From contig OZ024752.1 in NCBI GenBank assembly GCA_964016885.1, forward strand, positions 38,502,001 through 38,566,000: a DNA stretch of 64,000 bases, given 5' to 3'. Of the stretch, positions 1 through 11,616 are shown in pieces; position 1 is the stretch's first letter, and each line of letters opens with the position of its first letter. Source of the DNA: Eledone cirrhosa. Its lineage: Eukaryota. Made by a program: the position numbers and the translations under genes. The notes under the pieces were generated by a model, which saw only the letters and a program-made list of their open reading frames with translations, did not search any database and was not told the DNA's origin.

Positions 1-120
1 CCCCGTAAGGATGAAAGGCAAAGTCAACCTCGGCGGGATTTGAACTCAGATCGTAAAGGGACGTAACTATGCTGGAAAGCATGGCGTCCGACCCTCTACC
101 GATACTGCCAATCTACCGCA
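1..120 (-). mobile_element. tRNA-derived SINE (family A), 5' part
   Basis: Reverse complement has an A-box-like TGGCAGTATCGG and a B-box GAGTTCAAATCC, followed by GCCTTTCATCCTTACGGGG. Near-identical copies occur throughout the window. Confidence 0.85.
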
Positions 121-866
121 GAAATAATGATATTTGTTTATTGAAAAAAACCAACAAAGATTTAATATAATAGGTCTGTTTGGGAACAGGTTTTGAATTG
201 ACCATTAGAAAGGTAGTAAGTGGTCATGATGGTAGAATAGTAGTAATAGAACTTTAATTTAGGGGTAGAGGAAAGCAGATTTCAGTTTTGAATGGAAAGA
301 GTATGATGAATGAAAAGATTATTTTAGGGATGAAAATAGGTCAAGTCGGTAAAAGGTACACGAAGAATTGATGTTATAAAAGAATAATGCTAATGTAAAT
401 ATCTAAGGAGAATAACATTTTACGATAAATGTGTTAGTGAAAAATATCAATCTTATTTAAAATATAGGGAATTTACATCTATAGAAAGAAAATAAATTAA
501 TTAAATTGATAGGTATATTTATATTGATAAATTTATATTAATTCCTATAGATATGATAAATAAGAGTTAGATGTAATTGAAGAGTGCTGTTAAAAACGAA
601 GGGAAAATAAAAAAATAATAATAATTATTATTGGGGGGGGGGGGGTAAATTCATTAGTGAGAAATAACAAATTTATATAGATTATAAGGAACATAGAATC
701 ATAACCTGAAATTAAAATAGTTTATATGTATACTTAATGGTATACATTTTAGGAAAAGATAGCTGTAAAAGGGAAATAAAATTATGCAGTTCATTAGTAG
801 TAGAATATTAATTATAGGTTAACTAATTTAAAAAAAGTGTTATTATAATAATTTCTCAAGTGTATA

Positions 867-1128
867 TTAATTAGGTTTATAATATTTAAAAGTTCTTCTC
901 AGTTTATGATTACATGATATAATTAATTCCTGTCGTTTATTTAATAGGATATCCTTAGATTTCATTATTTCAAAAAGTTCCTGGGAACATAATCTACATT
1001 CATATCTATTATTTTGATAAGGGGTGGCCCTTTTGAGCACACTCCAGGTCAGGTTATAATCTATATTCCTCTTTCTATAATTATTAATTATTTCAGCTAA
1101 AGATGTATTAGCTAATGCGGCATTTTTA
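867..1128 (-). pseudogene. C-terminal GIY-YIG endonuclease fragment of a Penelope-like retroelement
   Basis: Translation ...YNLTWSVLKRATPYQNNRYECRLCSQELFEI...LLNKRQELIISCNH matches the PLE EN tail pattern W-x-I/V-L...PY...CxLC..E..I...LNKRxE...CxH. The 5' end is truncated at an inversion junction. Confidence 0.8.
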
Positions 1129-1205
1129 ATATCCACAAACACAGTTTTAAAAATGCCGCATTAGCTAATACAACATCTTTAGCTGAAATAATTAATAATT
1201 ATAGA
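1074..1205. repeat. Foldback inverted repeat (~55 bp arms) at the PLE truncation point
   Basis: tctataattattaattatttcagctaaagatgtattagctaatgcggcattttta is mirrored by taaaaatgccgcattagctaataca(aca)tctttagctgaaataattaataattataga. Confidence 0.9.
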
Positions 1206-1358
1206 GTCCTGTGTGTCCCCGCCATTTGGTCTGTCCTCTCTCCTCACTACTTTTCCCTTCTTTTTTTCTGTATTAAGCGCCGAAATATCTTGATCCCGGT
1301 TTACAGCTGACGAAGGATTTCTTTTCTTCTTTTGTTTCGTCCATACTGCCATCTTAAA

Positions 1359-1397
<39 letters not shown>

Positions 1398-1463
1398 TTT
1401 CTTTATATATAGATAGATATGAGTGTGTGTTTAAATAGAGAGAAAGAAACACGGAATATTGTA

Positions 1464-1548
1464 TGTATATATACAAAATACATATTCTATAGAAGAATTC
1501 CACCTGTATACATATTCTTCTATAGAATATGTATTTGGTATATATACA
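1464..1548. repeat. Inverted repeat (~35 bp arms)
   Basis: tgtatatatacaaaatacatattctatagaagaat / attcttctatagaatatgtatttggtatatataca. Confidence 0.85.
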
Positions 1549-1719
1549 ATGTACAGTGTTTTACGATATATGGTTCTTTCTCTCTATATATATAAACATA
1601 TTTCTTATTTGGTTAATATGGTTCTAGATAAATTCTAATTGAAATTATATACATATATATATATATAATTTCAATTAGAATGGCTTTCTCATTATGTACT
1701 TATATTTTACCTCTAATTG

Positions 1720-1778
<59 letters not shown>

Positions 1779-2259
1779 CAATTAGAATGGCTTTCTCATT
1801 ATGTACTTATATTTTACCTCCAATTGAAATTATATATATATATATATATGAAAAACAAGGGGAGAAGAATACTGCATGGTTGCACATGGATTACATATTA
1901 TAAAATTAGTCCCTCATCAGTGATTTGCCAACCATCATTGGTATTTCATCGCATTAAAAATCAGATACCTCAGGTTGGTGCGAGCAATAGCTAAAATAAG
2001 CGAGTGAGACAAGTAAACAACAGAAGGAAAAGCAAACCGAAGGTTGGAAAAACAGCAAGCAACATGATAGTTATCCGATCAGCATAAACTGGGTGAATTT
2101 CATGAGCGGTCAGAGAAGCAGACCGTACGCCGTGAATGCGGTGTGAGAAAGAAGGAACCCCATAATTTCAATTAGAATGGCTTTAGGCTTCCCAGAATTA
2201 CACAATCAACGAACGGTGGGGATCAGAACGGTTAGCAATATTTGAAAATAACTAGTGTT

Positions 2260-2500
2260 GTCGTTGGGGCCACAAACCCGGGCTCCGCGGCACACAATGC
2301 AGAGGACTATAAGTTAGTCAAATACTGGGGCCTCTGTCGAGATTTCTGGTGTCCTTGGTCCCCGCAATGTTGATTTCCTCCGTAACATTGGAAATACAGC
2401 AGCCAACTTGAGGATGGAGCCCCGCCAAGTGGGGGTAGCTGTTGCAGCTGTGGTGTCTCTATCTATTTTGTCTGCAAGGGACGATTGTGGCCGGGTTGTA
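2260..2500 (+). mobile_element. Degenerate 3' fragment of a CRE-like (RLE) non-LTR retrotransposon
   Basis: Frameshifted translation GSAAHNAEDYKLVKY...EISGVLGPRNVDFLRNIG...EPRQ resembles the CRE-clade C-terminus (AA..AE..K..KY...ETxGxxGP...FL..IG). Confidence 0.6.
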
Positions 2501-3776
2501 GTGACTGCTGCCCCCCCCCCCCCCCTCTCCCTTTCTTTCGTTGATTGATCCTTCTTTTCTGTTCCCTTTAATAGTGTGTTTTGTTTTTCTCAGTATGTAC
2601 TTATATTTTACCTCCAATCAACGGTAGGAATTTAGCCATAAAACAACAACTACTGTAGTGAAATAAATATTTAATTCAGAGACCAAAATGAAAGCGATAT
2701 TGCTAGTTCAACAACGTAATTGACAACTGAAGAGTACAATCACCTAGTGGTTAATGTGTAAACTAAGGGCAGGTAACTCTTATGACTGGTGAACTTCACA
2801 CGTGTTCATAGGCTTTAGATTTAATAACAAATCTGTTTGTTGACTACAATTTCCTGTATAATTAACATTTTCTCGTTACATACCCCAACCATCATCTGTT
2901 CGCCGCCTTCTCTGTACGTATACATACATATAATTCTGTTCTGAATTTATTAGAAGCCTGTATATATATAATTTTGAATGATTTCTACTCTGTATTTATT
3001 TTAACCCTGTTTGTGTTGTGTTGTGTTAGAGAAGAATGACAACTATTGACAATATGTATTGTTGTATGTAGTTTTATTTCCTATACTAGCAACACGGATA
3101 TTTCCGGCAAGTTTAATTTGAAATTTTCGCTGCAATATTTATTTGGTTTTCTATTAATGATTTTTTACTTCCAATTACCGTATGGTACATTTTAATTCAA
3201 ATACATAGTTACATCATCTAATCTTTCACTAATACCATTGCCTTGTTAACGCCTGTTAAGTGTCTCTTTAATATATATATATATATATATCTGCTTCTTA
3301 CCATGTATCGATCACTCTTTGGCGTTGTGGTCTTCCTGGTCCCAGTATCGCAGACTATATATATATATTCTGTTCCCAAATTTAGTTTTTAATTCATAGT
3401 ACAAATCAATTTAAAATACATGCAAACACTTATATTTTACGTTGATATTTTCATAATAAACAGAATGGACCCATCGTTAAATTTACCTCGTTCCTTCAAC
3501 TCTGACCTTTTGTATTGTGAACTACTTTTATTTTAAATTAATTATAATTCTATAATTGTCCTCACATCGTATTATCATTACTTATTTGTTTACTTTTTAA
3601 ATTCTTATTACGTTTCGGCACCCCCTTATTTTCAACTGTCCCTATCTAATTCTAGATGTCAATCATGTTTTATATTTGATAATACCCCACATGTCATCCC
3701 ACGGTCCTTTGTTATAAAGGACCACATCCATCGTGTAACTATCTGTACGGAGGTTGTAGACGACCAGCAATTTTCA

Positions 3777-4220
3777 AAAACTTGTACATCACAACAAACC
3801 CTGTTACCATTGCACTCTCAGCAGCAATAGTAAACATTTACTACTTTAAAACTATCAGCAGCGCACTTTTGTAGCTTCATTTACTTATAACTTCTTCATT
3901 AAAACATGCTAGAAACCTCTTATAAGAGGCTAGTTAAACCTACATGGATGTGAGATGTAACAACAATAGTTTGATAGGATTGCGGACCCTATTATTAAAA
4001 CTTGTACATCACAACAAACTCTGTTACCACTGCACTCTCAGCAGCAATAGTAAACATTTACTACTTTAAAACTATCAGCAGCGCACTTTTGTAGCTTCAT
4101 TTACTTATAACTTCTTCATTAAAACATGCTAGAAACCTCTTATAAGAGGCTAGTTAAACCTACATGGATGTGAGATGTAACAACAATAGTTTGATAGGAT
4201 TGCGGACCCTATTATTAAAA
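3777..4220. repeat. 220-bp tandem duplication (2 near-identical copies)
   Basis: cttgtacatcacaacaaac starts at 3781 and at 4001, and the sequence continues identically apart from 1-2 substitutions. Confidence 0.95.
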
Positions 4221-4258
4221 CACCTGAGAAACCTCCTTGTAGGAGGCCAGCTAAACTA

Positions 4259-4651
4259 CGAGGGTAATCCCCAAAGTAAGGTCTCCAAATCGATGGGGAC
4301 GCAGAGAAACTGTTCGTACGGCTGTTGGCAACACTTGTGATTGGTGCTTCCTTCACTCCCAAAACAAGCATGCGCGCGCTTCACTGGGATGCTCAATCTT
4401 GGCTTGGCAGCCGTTGAGAATAGAGCTCCCATTGAACGCTACCGCCAAGTGCGAATTTCGCGCAGTTATTATATACGAGGGCAATCCCAAATGTAAGGTC
4501 TCCTTCCGAGGCAAACATACGTAAAGATCGGCGGATCACTCTGGATGCTCTCTGCATTCTGGTTCCTGAGGTTTCTCGAAGCACCATCCACAGGATTTTA
4601 ACGGAAAAGTTGCAATATCGGAAGGAGACCTTACTTTTGGGATTGCCCTCG
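4259..4651 (+). mobile_element. Internally deleted mariner element with TA target-site duplication and an extra internal TIR
   Basis: TIRs are CGAGGG(T/C)AATCCC..AAGTAAGGTCTCC at 4259 and 4476, with the inverse ending at 4651. TA flanks at 4257-58 and 4652-53. Transposase remnants are ELPLNATAKCEFRAVI and IRKDRRITLDALCILVPEVSRSTIHRILTEKLQYRK. An empty-site copy, ctaaactacatatgtg, lies at ~4756-4771. Confidence 0.85.
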
Positions 4652-4799
4652 TACATATGTGTGAGCTGTAACGACAATATTTTGATGGGACTGGGGCTCC
4701 TATCATTAAAGCACCTGAGAAACCTCCTATGAGACACAACCTTGTAGGAGGCCAGCTAAACTACATATGTGTTAGCTGTAACAACATTTTATTTTCATG

Positions 4800-5200
4800 C
4801 CAATTAAATCCGGAAAGCTTTGATTCCAAATATTTTAATCTCTCTTCTCTATAATTCCTTTCTTATCAAGGTTCCAATCATCCTTTTAATTTATTTTAAT
4901 TAAGAAATTTAAGCTAAAGTTCTTTTGTTGTATTCCAAAGGTTGCTGAACATTAATCTTAACTTCAAGTCCTTTTTGCAATTGTATTGCCAATTCTGACT
5001 TTACTTCTAGGTTTCACATGCTTTCTAGGCCTTAAATTCTTATGGCCTATGAACCTTAAACTTCTACTGTGGTCTCCAGAATTACAACACTTGGAATCTT
5101 GTTAAAACCTTCTTTAGGTTAACAAACACAAGGTATAGTTACTAGTTTTTGACAAAAAATTTTCATTTGTAACCCACTTGTGAAAAAAATGACAGTTCTG
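4800..5200 (-). mobile_element. Highly degenerate RTE-type reverse transcriptase remnant
   Basis: Minus-strand pieces LYLVFVNLKK (compare LYxAFVDLEKAFD) and SKVRIGN...VKINVQQ. Confidence 0.45.
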
Positions 5201-5474
5201 TCCTTTGTTCATATTTTACCGCTCTCTCTATACTTCCTCCATCTATAAATGTCTTTACTATTTTCCTCAATATCTTGATTGATACTGTTTAACTATCATA
5301 AATATGTGAAGAATTTTGGGTAACTGTTTTGTGCCAGAACTCTTTGGATTTCTTTGGTGCTGGTGGAAAAATAGACAATTAATGATGATGCTGATAGATA
5401 CTTGCATACAAATGCAGCTGAAAAGGTGAAACACCATTTTTCAAGAGAGTAGTAATTATGGAAATGCTGTTATC

Positions 5475-5702
5475 TTAACCTTTTATCATTTAAACCGGCC
5501 ATATCTGGCCAGAATTCTCTCATCTCTTTCTGTTTAAACCAGCCGTAACCGGCTGCTCATATTTATATTAAGGTATAGTTCTCAAAATAAATAATATCAA
5601 AATCTTGTAGATTTGATATTATGTGAAATAATTATGTATGGTAAAGTCTTCTCCATGAAAATACAATAGTATGTATAGAGTAATGTAATGCTAAAGGGTT
5701 AA
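5475..5702 (+). mobile_element. piggyBac-like MITE (family 1)
   Basis: TTAA flanks with CC(C/T)TTTA..ATTTA / ATGCTAAAGGG termini. Six copies in the window, including a nested pair. Confidence 0.8.
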
Positions 5703-5798
5703 ATCAACATTCAATATTTCTAAATATTACTGTCAATTATTTCCTTCCTTCTCTCTTTCTCATTTGTTTTTTTTTTTATATCTAGGCCTTAATAAAGA

Positions 5799-6242
5799 AT
5801 GAGTGACCAAAGTCCATATACAATTGAAGAGCGATTAATTGCAGCCGTTTGGATGCACGACCGTGTTCTTAATAATAAAAAAATACCCGAAATTCGGCGA
5901 TTGTTTCAGGAACGTTTTGGAAAGCCTTCGCCTACGCCACGTATCTTGAGAGAATGGGAGAAAAAAGTATTTGAAACTGGTAGCGTCCTTGATGCACCTC
6001 GTTGTGGTCGACCAAGAACAAGATTTGAACATTTAACGGCTATACAAGAGTCTCTTATTCATTCTCCTTCGTTATCAATGAGGAAACGGTCAGCAGAATT
6101 ACAAATTCCAAAAAGTACTTTGAGAAAAATCCTTAAATTAGATCTTCCACAAGATTCCATGGTTTATGAAGTTCAAAACAAAGAAGAAGACAAAAAAGTG
6201 GAAGTATGTCGAGTTATGTTACAGAAATTTCCATTTTTTTGA
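5799..6242 (+). CDS. 147-aa DUF4817/HTH protein: DNA-binding half of a Tc1/mariner (DD41D-like) transposase, no DDE domain; candidate domesticated gene
   Basis: Uninterrupted ORF with YT.EER...F.ERF.K..P....I..W..K.FETGSV.D.PR.GRPRT...SP..S.RK.S.EL.IPKSTL.KILK.DL. A polypyrimidine tract plus AG acceptor lies at 5740-5785, with in-frame stops just upstream of the ATG. Confidence 0.75.
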   Translation: MSDQSPYTIEERLIAAVWMHDRVLNNKKIPEIRRLFQERFGKPSPTPRILREWEKKVFETGSVLDAPRCGRPRTRFEHLTAIQESLIHSPSLSMRKRSAELQIPKSTLRKILKLDLPQDSMVYEVQNKEEDKKVEVCRVMLQKFPFF

Positions 6243-6267
6243 TAAAACATCAAACTATGTGTACACT

Positions 6268-6582
6268 AGTGTGCATCACACTGGTGTGCATCACACTGTG
6301 GTGTGCATCACACTGCAGTGTGTATCATACTGTGGTGTGTATCACATTGCAGTGTGCATCATACTGCGGTGTACATCACATTGCGGTGTGCATCACATTG
6401 CAAGATGCATCACACCGTGGTGTGCATCACATTGCAGTGTATATCACACTGCAGTGTGCATCACACTGCGGTGTGCATCACATTGTAGTGTGCATCACAC
6501 TGCGGTGTGCATCACATTGTAATGTGCATCACACTGCAGTGTGCATCACATTGCGGTGTGCATCACATTGCAGTGTGCATGC
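6268..6582. repeat. 17-bp minisatellite (GTGTGCATCACAYTGYR), ~18 copies
   Basis: Direct reading. The unit is quasi-palindromic (GTGTG-cat-CACAC). Confidence 0.95.
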
Positions 6583-6729
6583 AGTTATGGCCTATAATAT
6601 TTTTTGTTATTTTCACTGTTAAAATCATACTTTTTTTTATACTTTTAATTATTTTTATTTATTGCCCTTGATGATAGTGGTTTATTTATTTTTATTTTAT
6701 TTTTTTTATTTTTTGTCTGATCTAACTCG

Positions 6730-6820
6730 TATGAGGGTCAGCTGAAAAGTTCATAGGCTGACCAAGATACTCTCATGAAATGACCAAATGAGGTTTATTT
6801 TTCAACATAGTCCTCTGGAA
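6730..6820 (+). mobile_element. mariner-type MITE end fragment
   Basis: TA-TGAGGGTCAGCTGAAAAGTTC resembles the mariner TIR pattern (TAYGAGGG). Confidence 0.5.
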
Positions 6821-6859
6821 AAAAAAAAGCAGTTATTAATACGAAGAATTGAAATTAAA

Positions 6860-7089
6860 TTAACCCTTTAACATTTACATTACTCTATATATAGTTCATG
6901 TATTTTTGTGATAAAGGCTTTATCTTACATAATTATCTCCCATAATTTCAAATCTATGAGATGTTAATATTATTTATTTTGGGAACAATACCTTAACATT
7001 AGTATGAGGAGCTAGTTACAGCCGGTTTGAACAGAAAGAGATGAGAGAATTCTGGCTGGATATGGCTGGTTTAAATGCTAAAGGGTTAA
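6860..7089 (-). mobile_element. piggyBac-like MITE (family 1), inverted relative to the 5475-5702 copy
   Basis: TTAACCCTTTA...ATGCTAAAGGGTTAA. The internal sequence is the reverse complement of the 5475 copy. Confidence 0.85.
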
Positions 7090-7395
7090 TGCATGCAAGA
7101 TTTCACAGCCCTAGCAATCACTCCTTCATAGTCAGCCTATGGACCTTTCAGCCCACCCTCGTAATTTTTTTTCTGCTTTCATTATACTACTTTGCCAAAT
7201 ACAGACCTGGGAGCTTCTGCTTCCATTTACAGTGTTGCTACATCCATTACTAACAAACATTGACAATCATTTTTTCTTTTCCTTTGTTTGTTCTTTTTCA
7301 ATTTCTTGAATATTTGATGTCTTATAAATGTTAAGTTACTTGCTGGAGCTTTTGCAATTCAAACTTAAAAGAAGTGGAAACAACATTAGTAAATA

Positions 7396-7742
7396 GGCAG
7401 TAGCTTGGCAGAGATGTTAGAACATCGGATAGAATGCTTTGAGCTATTTGTTCTGGCTCTCTGCTCCCTGAGTTCAAATCCCAACATGGTCAACTTTGAC
7501 TTTCATCCTTTTGAAGTTGATAAAAAAAAAAAAAGGTACCAGTCCACTACTGGGGTCGATTCTTTCTCTATATCTCTTTCTCACTTCTTCTCACTCACTC
7601 TCTCTTCACTGTCTCTCCTTCTCAGGAAGAAATTGGCTCTGTTCAGACCTGGAAAAGGGATGGGCTCCGTCAGGTTTAAAACTCAAGAAATGTCATATCT
7701 CACTAAGGCACCCCTCTGACTTCATGTGGAGTTACAAGTCCA
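7396..7742 (+). mobile_element. SINE family A variant with an extended 3' tail
   Basis: TGGCAGAGATGTTAG...GAGTTCAAATCC...CTTTCATCC. The tail is homologous to that of 13564-13865. Confidence 0.7.
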
Positions 7743-8585
7743 TTTATATATATATATACACACACACAAAGTCTGCAGTGCTGCGACCAGGGACACCACA
7801 AATCAGGGGAGTACTCTATGTATGGGAAGATGCTGGGTGGGTATAGAGGAAGGTAAATACCCAACCACGATGCCAAGCAATTTTGGCTTGTATTCAACAA
7901 ACCTTTTCAGTACACCCTTGGGAAGGCATGCTGAAACCACTTGGCATCACGGTTGCTATTTTACTTTCTTCTCTCTCTTTATCTATCTATATCTATATAT
8001 ATATATATATAGGAAGGGCATCCAACCTGTATATTGTTAATGCTAAATTATGAGCACAAAATACAAATATTACTGTGACAAGTGGAGATATGCTGTGCTG
8101 AAGAGGACCCATCCCACCCTTGCAAGCAGGGAAAAGCGGACGTAAAATGATGATATATATATATATACAAGTGGAAGCTTAGTAAAATCGAAGCTTTGGC
8201 TGTGGCCAAGCAAAGTCGACCTACAATAAGGAATGAGTAGCGAAGCACTCAATAAGGGTAGGTCCTTAGAGTAATAACATTACGTTTAAATAGCTTGACA
8301 AATTGAAAATTGCGGTAGGCAAAACCCAACCATACAATACCAAAACAACGAAAGAACTAATCAGGTAAAAACAGACCTGGACAGATTGGACGATATTCTG
8401 CAATACGTCCGATATGTTTCTATGAATCCGAAATCATCAATCCAACTTACGTAACACTTAAGCTTGTGGTATTCCATGATCGAACAGGGGATTCATTTTA
8501 TCAACATATATATATATATATAGTCCTACCCATGCTAGCGTGGAAGATGGACATTAAACGATGATGATGATATATATATATATAT

Positions 8586-8901
8586 GGAGGCACATGGCAT
8601 TGGGCTTGCAATCGAAAGGTTGTTAGTTCAATTCTCAGACCGAGTGATGTGTTGTTTCCTTGAGCAAGACACTTTATTTCACATTGCTCCAGTTTACTCA
8701 GCTGTAGAAATGAGATGATAGGGACTGGGGTCCATATCATTCCACTGCAAAGTGGTCGTGGAGGTGCCACTGCAAAAAAACACCCCGCCCACACTGTAAA
8801 TGAGTGTTAGGAAGGGCATCCAGCTGTAGAAATGAAGCCAGAATCAGTTCCCGTCCCACCCTTGCAAGCAGGGAAAAGCGGACGTAAAATGATGATGATG
8901 A
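8586..8901 (+). mobile_element. tRNA/CORE-like SINE (family B) with RTE-derived 3' tail and (TGA)n end
   Basis: GTTCAATTC B-box, CCTTGAGCAAGACACTTTA core, and tail GGAAGGGCATCCAGCTGTAGAAA...GGACGTAAAATGATGATG shared with the RTE 3' UTR. Confidence 0.85.
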
Positions 8902-10065
8902 TATATATATACACACACATAGACACACAGGGAGAGAAGGAAGAAGTGACTCATTTGTATCATAATCTTCTTGTTACTCTAAATAGAGATTATATGTCTG
9001 ATTGTAAGAAATCAACTTAACTGGCATCACACTATTCAGCACTTGTTTTGCATGAATTATTTCATTACCATTTTTTTGTGTATTTATTTATTCTATACAT
9101 TCTCTCAAAATTATTCAGTTGTATATAATGATGTCTCCAACTCTATGACATTTCTTACACTTCTTCTGTATTCTATTCCATTAAAGCAATGACAAATAAA
9201 GAATACTGTTGCAAACCCTGCAAGTTATCATCTATGTAGTTTCATACTGTGATTGAACTAAACATGGCTACATCTTATGTAATCTGTCTTTAGTAAAGAC
9301 AATCCTTTTTTCTCTCTTTCATTCTTTTCCTCTTTTCTTTTTACCATCGATGTCATTTTTTTTTTTTTTTTCACTTTTAAATTATTTTGTATGCCAGCAG
9401 ATAAATGAAGTCAAGTAACAATAATGCATTATTTGTGACAAATTACAGGTTTATTGGAGAGGTAAAGTCTATATTTGTGTCAAATATATTTATTGAAGGG
9501 GGGGTGGGGACAAAATCTGTATTATTTGTGGCAAATTATAGGTTTATTGTGGACGGAAATATCTGTATTATTTGTGGCAAATAATTGAATTATAGATGTT
9601 CCGTTAGATTTTGTTGAGATTAAAAATATGTTGTATCAGTATATGTTTGGCTGGATGCCCTTTCTATCACCAACCACTTTGCAAAGTGTACCAGGTGTAT
9701 TTATCGTATAGATCAACACTAGGGAGGTTGTCATGTCTTTGACACTAATGAAGGGTCCTCTGAACCCTCGTTTGGCAAGCTTTCTATGGTTCGATGTCTT
9801 TCCTATCACCAACCACTTGACAGTGTGTACTGGGTGCATTTATCATGTAGATCACCATCACTAGAGAGGTTGGCTTGTTTTTGACACTAAATATAGGTCC
9901 TTTTGTTTTTTCGGCATGATTTCTATAATGGGGGTGCTCTTTCTATCACCAACCCCCTTACACGGTGCCCTTGGTGTATTTCCATGACTACAGCAGTAGC
10001 GAGGTTGTCAGTTATTGAGCCCTCTTTGCTCTGTATGCAGTGTAGGGAGAAGGAAGGTAAGAATG

Positions 10066-10283
10066 ATGTAATAGATGTATGGGAAGTGTGGTGGGATTTG
10101 ACACAATGATGAGCAGGAGAGGAGGGGGGTATGATCTCCGATATATTAAAGGAGGGTGAGTAGTCATAGAGGTGGGGGAATCTAGTGATGGTGAGAATAT
10201 CTAGCAGATGTAATAGATGTCTGGGAAGTGTGGTGGGATTTGACACAATGATGAGCAGGAGAGGAGGGGTGACCTCTGATATC
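10066..10283. repeat. ~142-bp period partial tandem duplication
   Basis: gatgtaatagatgt.tgggaagtgtggtgggatttgacacaatgatgagcaggagaggagggg occurs twice. Confidence 0.8.
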
Positions 10284-11616
10284 ACTGAGTGGGGCGGTAT
10301 TTACAGATGTGTCAGCATTTTAGAGGCGGAGGGAATGTAGTGATGGTGAGAACATCTAAAGGATGTTTATGATGATAATGGAAGATAACGTATAACTTTT
10401 ACCATGTTGCTTTTCTCTTTTACAATAACTGAACTGTGATTAAGGCATTGACATCAAAGAAGTCAGTTAATAAATCTTTCTTTGTTGACTTGTAGGTTTA
10501 TTTTCAAAGGTAAATTGAAAGTTTAATGCTAGAAAATATGAGACAAAATAAAATAAATGAAGAATTTTTTGTAGATTTCTTTTTGTGATTTTGTCCTGCC
10601 AATGTTAAATATATATTTTTTTATGTCAATGTTAACATTTCCTCACATACAAAAATTTTCAATTTAAATCGTGAGACGCCCATGTTTCTCTTGCCTCTCA
10701 AGTCAATAAAATAAGTATAAATGGATGGGAATTATGAGATATGTATGTAGTGTTAATACTATGAGTCTCATTTTCATTGTGTGCCTTGTTCCAACTATAG
10801 CCATATATCCCAGAGTTCTGCCACCATTGCAACTTCTTACGTGACTGAGGTTGCTAATGTGTAGCTGGCACTCTTTTTTGTGGTGGATGCATTTCTTAAT
10901 GAGATGCTGCCTAATTACGACCTGTTTTTTTTTTATAGAAGTCCTCTTTTTCATTCAAGTTCTAAAGTTTCTTCTTTCTTCCTTTAAATCCCCATTGGAG
11001 ATTCCATTTCCAAATAGATTGGTTGCCAGCAATTTTGTTCAAACATTTCACATCCACATAAGCCCTTTTATGTCCCACTTGCACAATCAACATTTAATAA
11101 GATATTATTGAAATTCTGTGTTGTATTATTTATACAACATATTCTCATTAAATATTCACTATTAATCAAGTTAATGTATATTATACTCCAACAGGTTAAA
11201 CTGGCAGCTGCTTTTTGTTATTCTTTGATACCAGATGTTCATAAGCTATTATATATCATTTGATTATGCTTTGATTCTTGGCTACAATCTTAAACAGACA
11301 TGTATTCTCTTTCTGTCTCCCTTTTATAATAAACACAGCTGGCCTAGTCAATTGAATTGAGCTACCAACCAGGCTGTCAACACTTTGTATTCTATCACTA
11401 GCATTGAGCTGTATCTATGGCCAAATCATTTAATCCTTACCTACTCAGCTGTAAGTATAAACCATTAATAGATGCAGCTCATTGCAGTAAAGAGCAGTAG
11501 TAGTTCATTTATTTGGAATGTTCAGTTCAACAACTGAAGAAAAAAAAATCAGTGAGAAGCTACTCGATTAATTAACTTCAGACCAGATGATCTAATCAGC
11601 TGTATCAGCTTTACTC

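Noticed and set aside
1295-1345. CTGACGA hammerhead-like box
   Set aside because: No correctly placed GAAA, stem II or stem III downstream.
8405-8455. Minus-strand TTGATGA...GAAACATATC
   Set aside because: Core mutated and stems I/II not supported.
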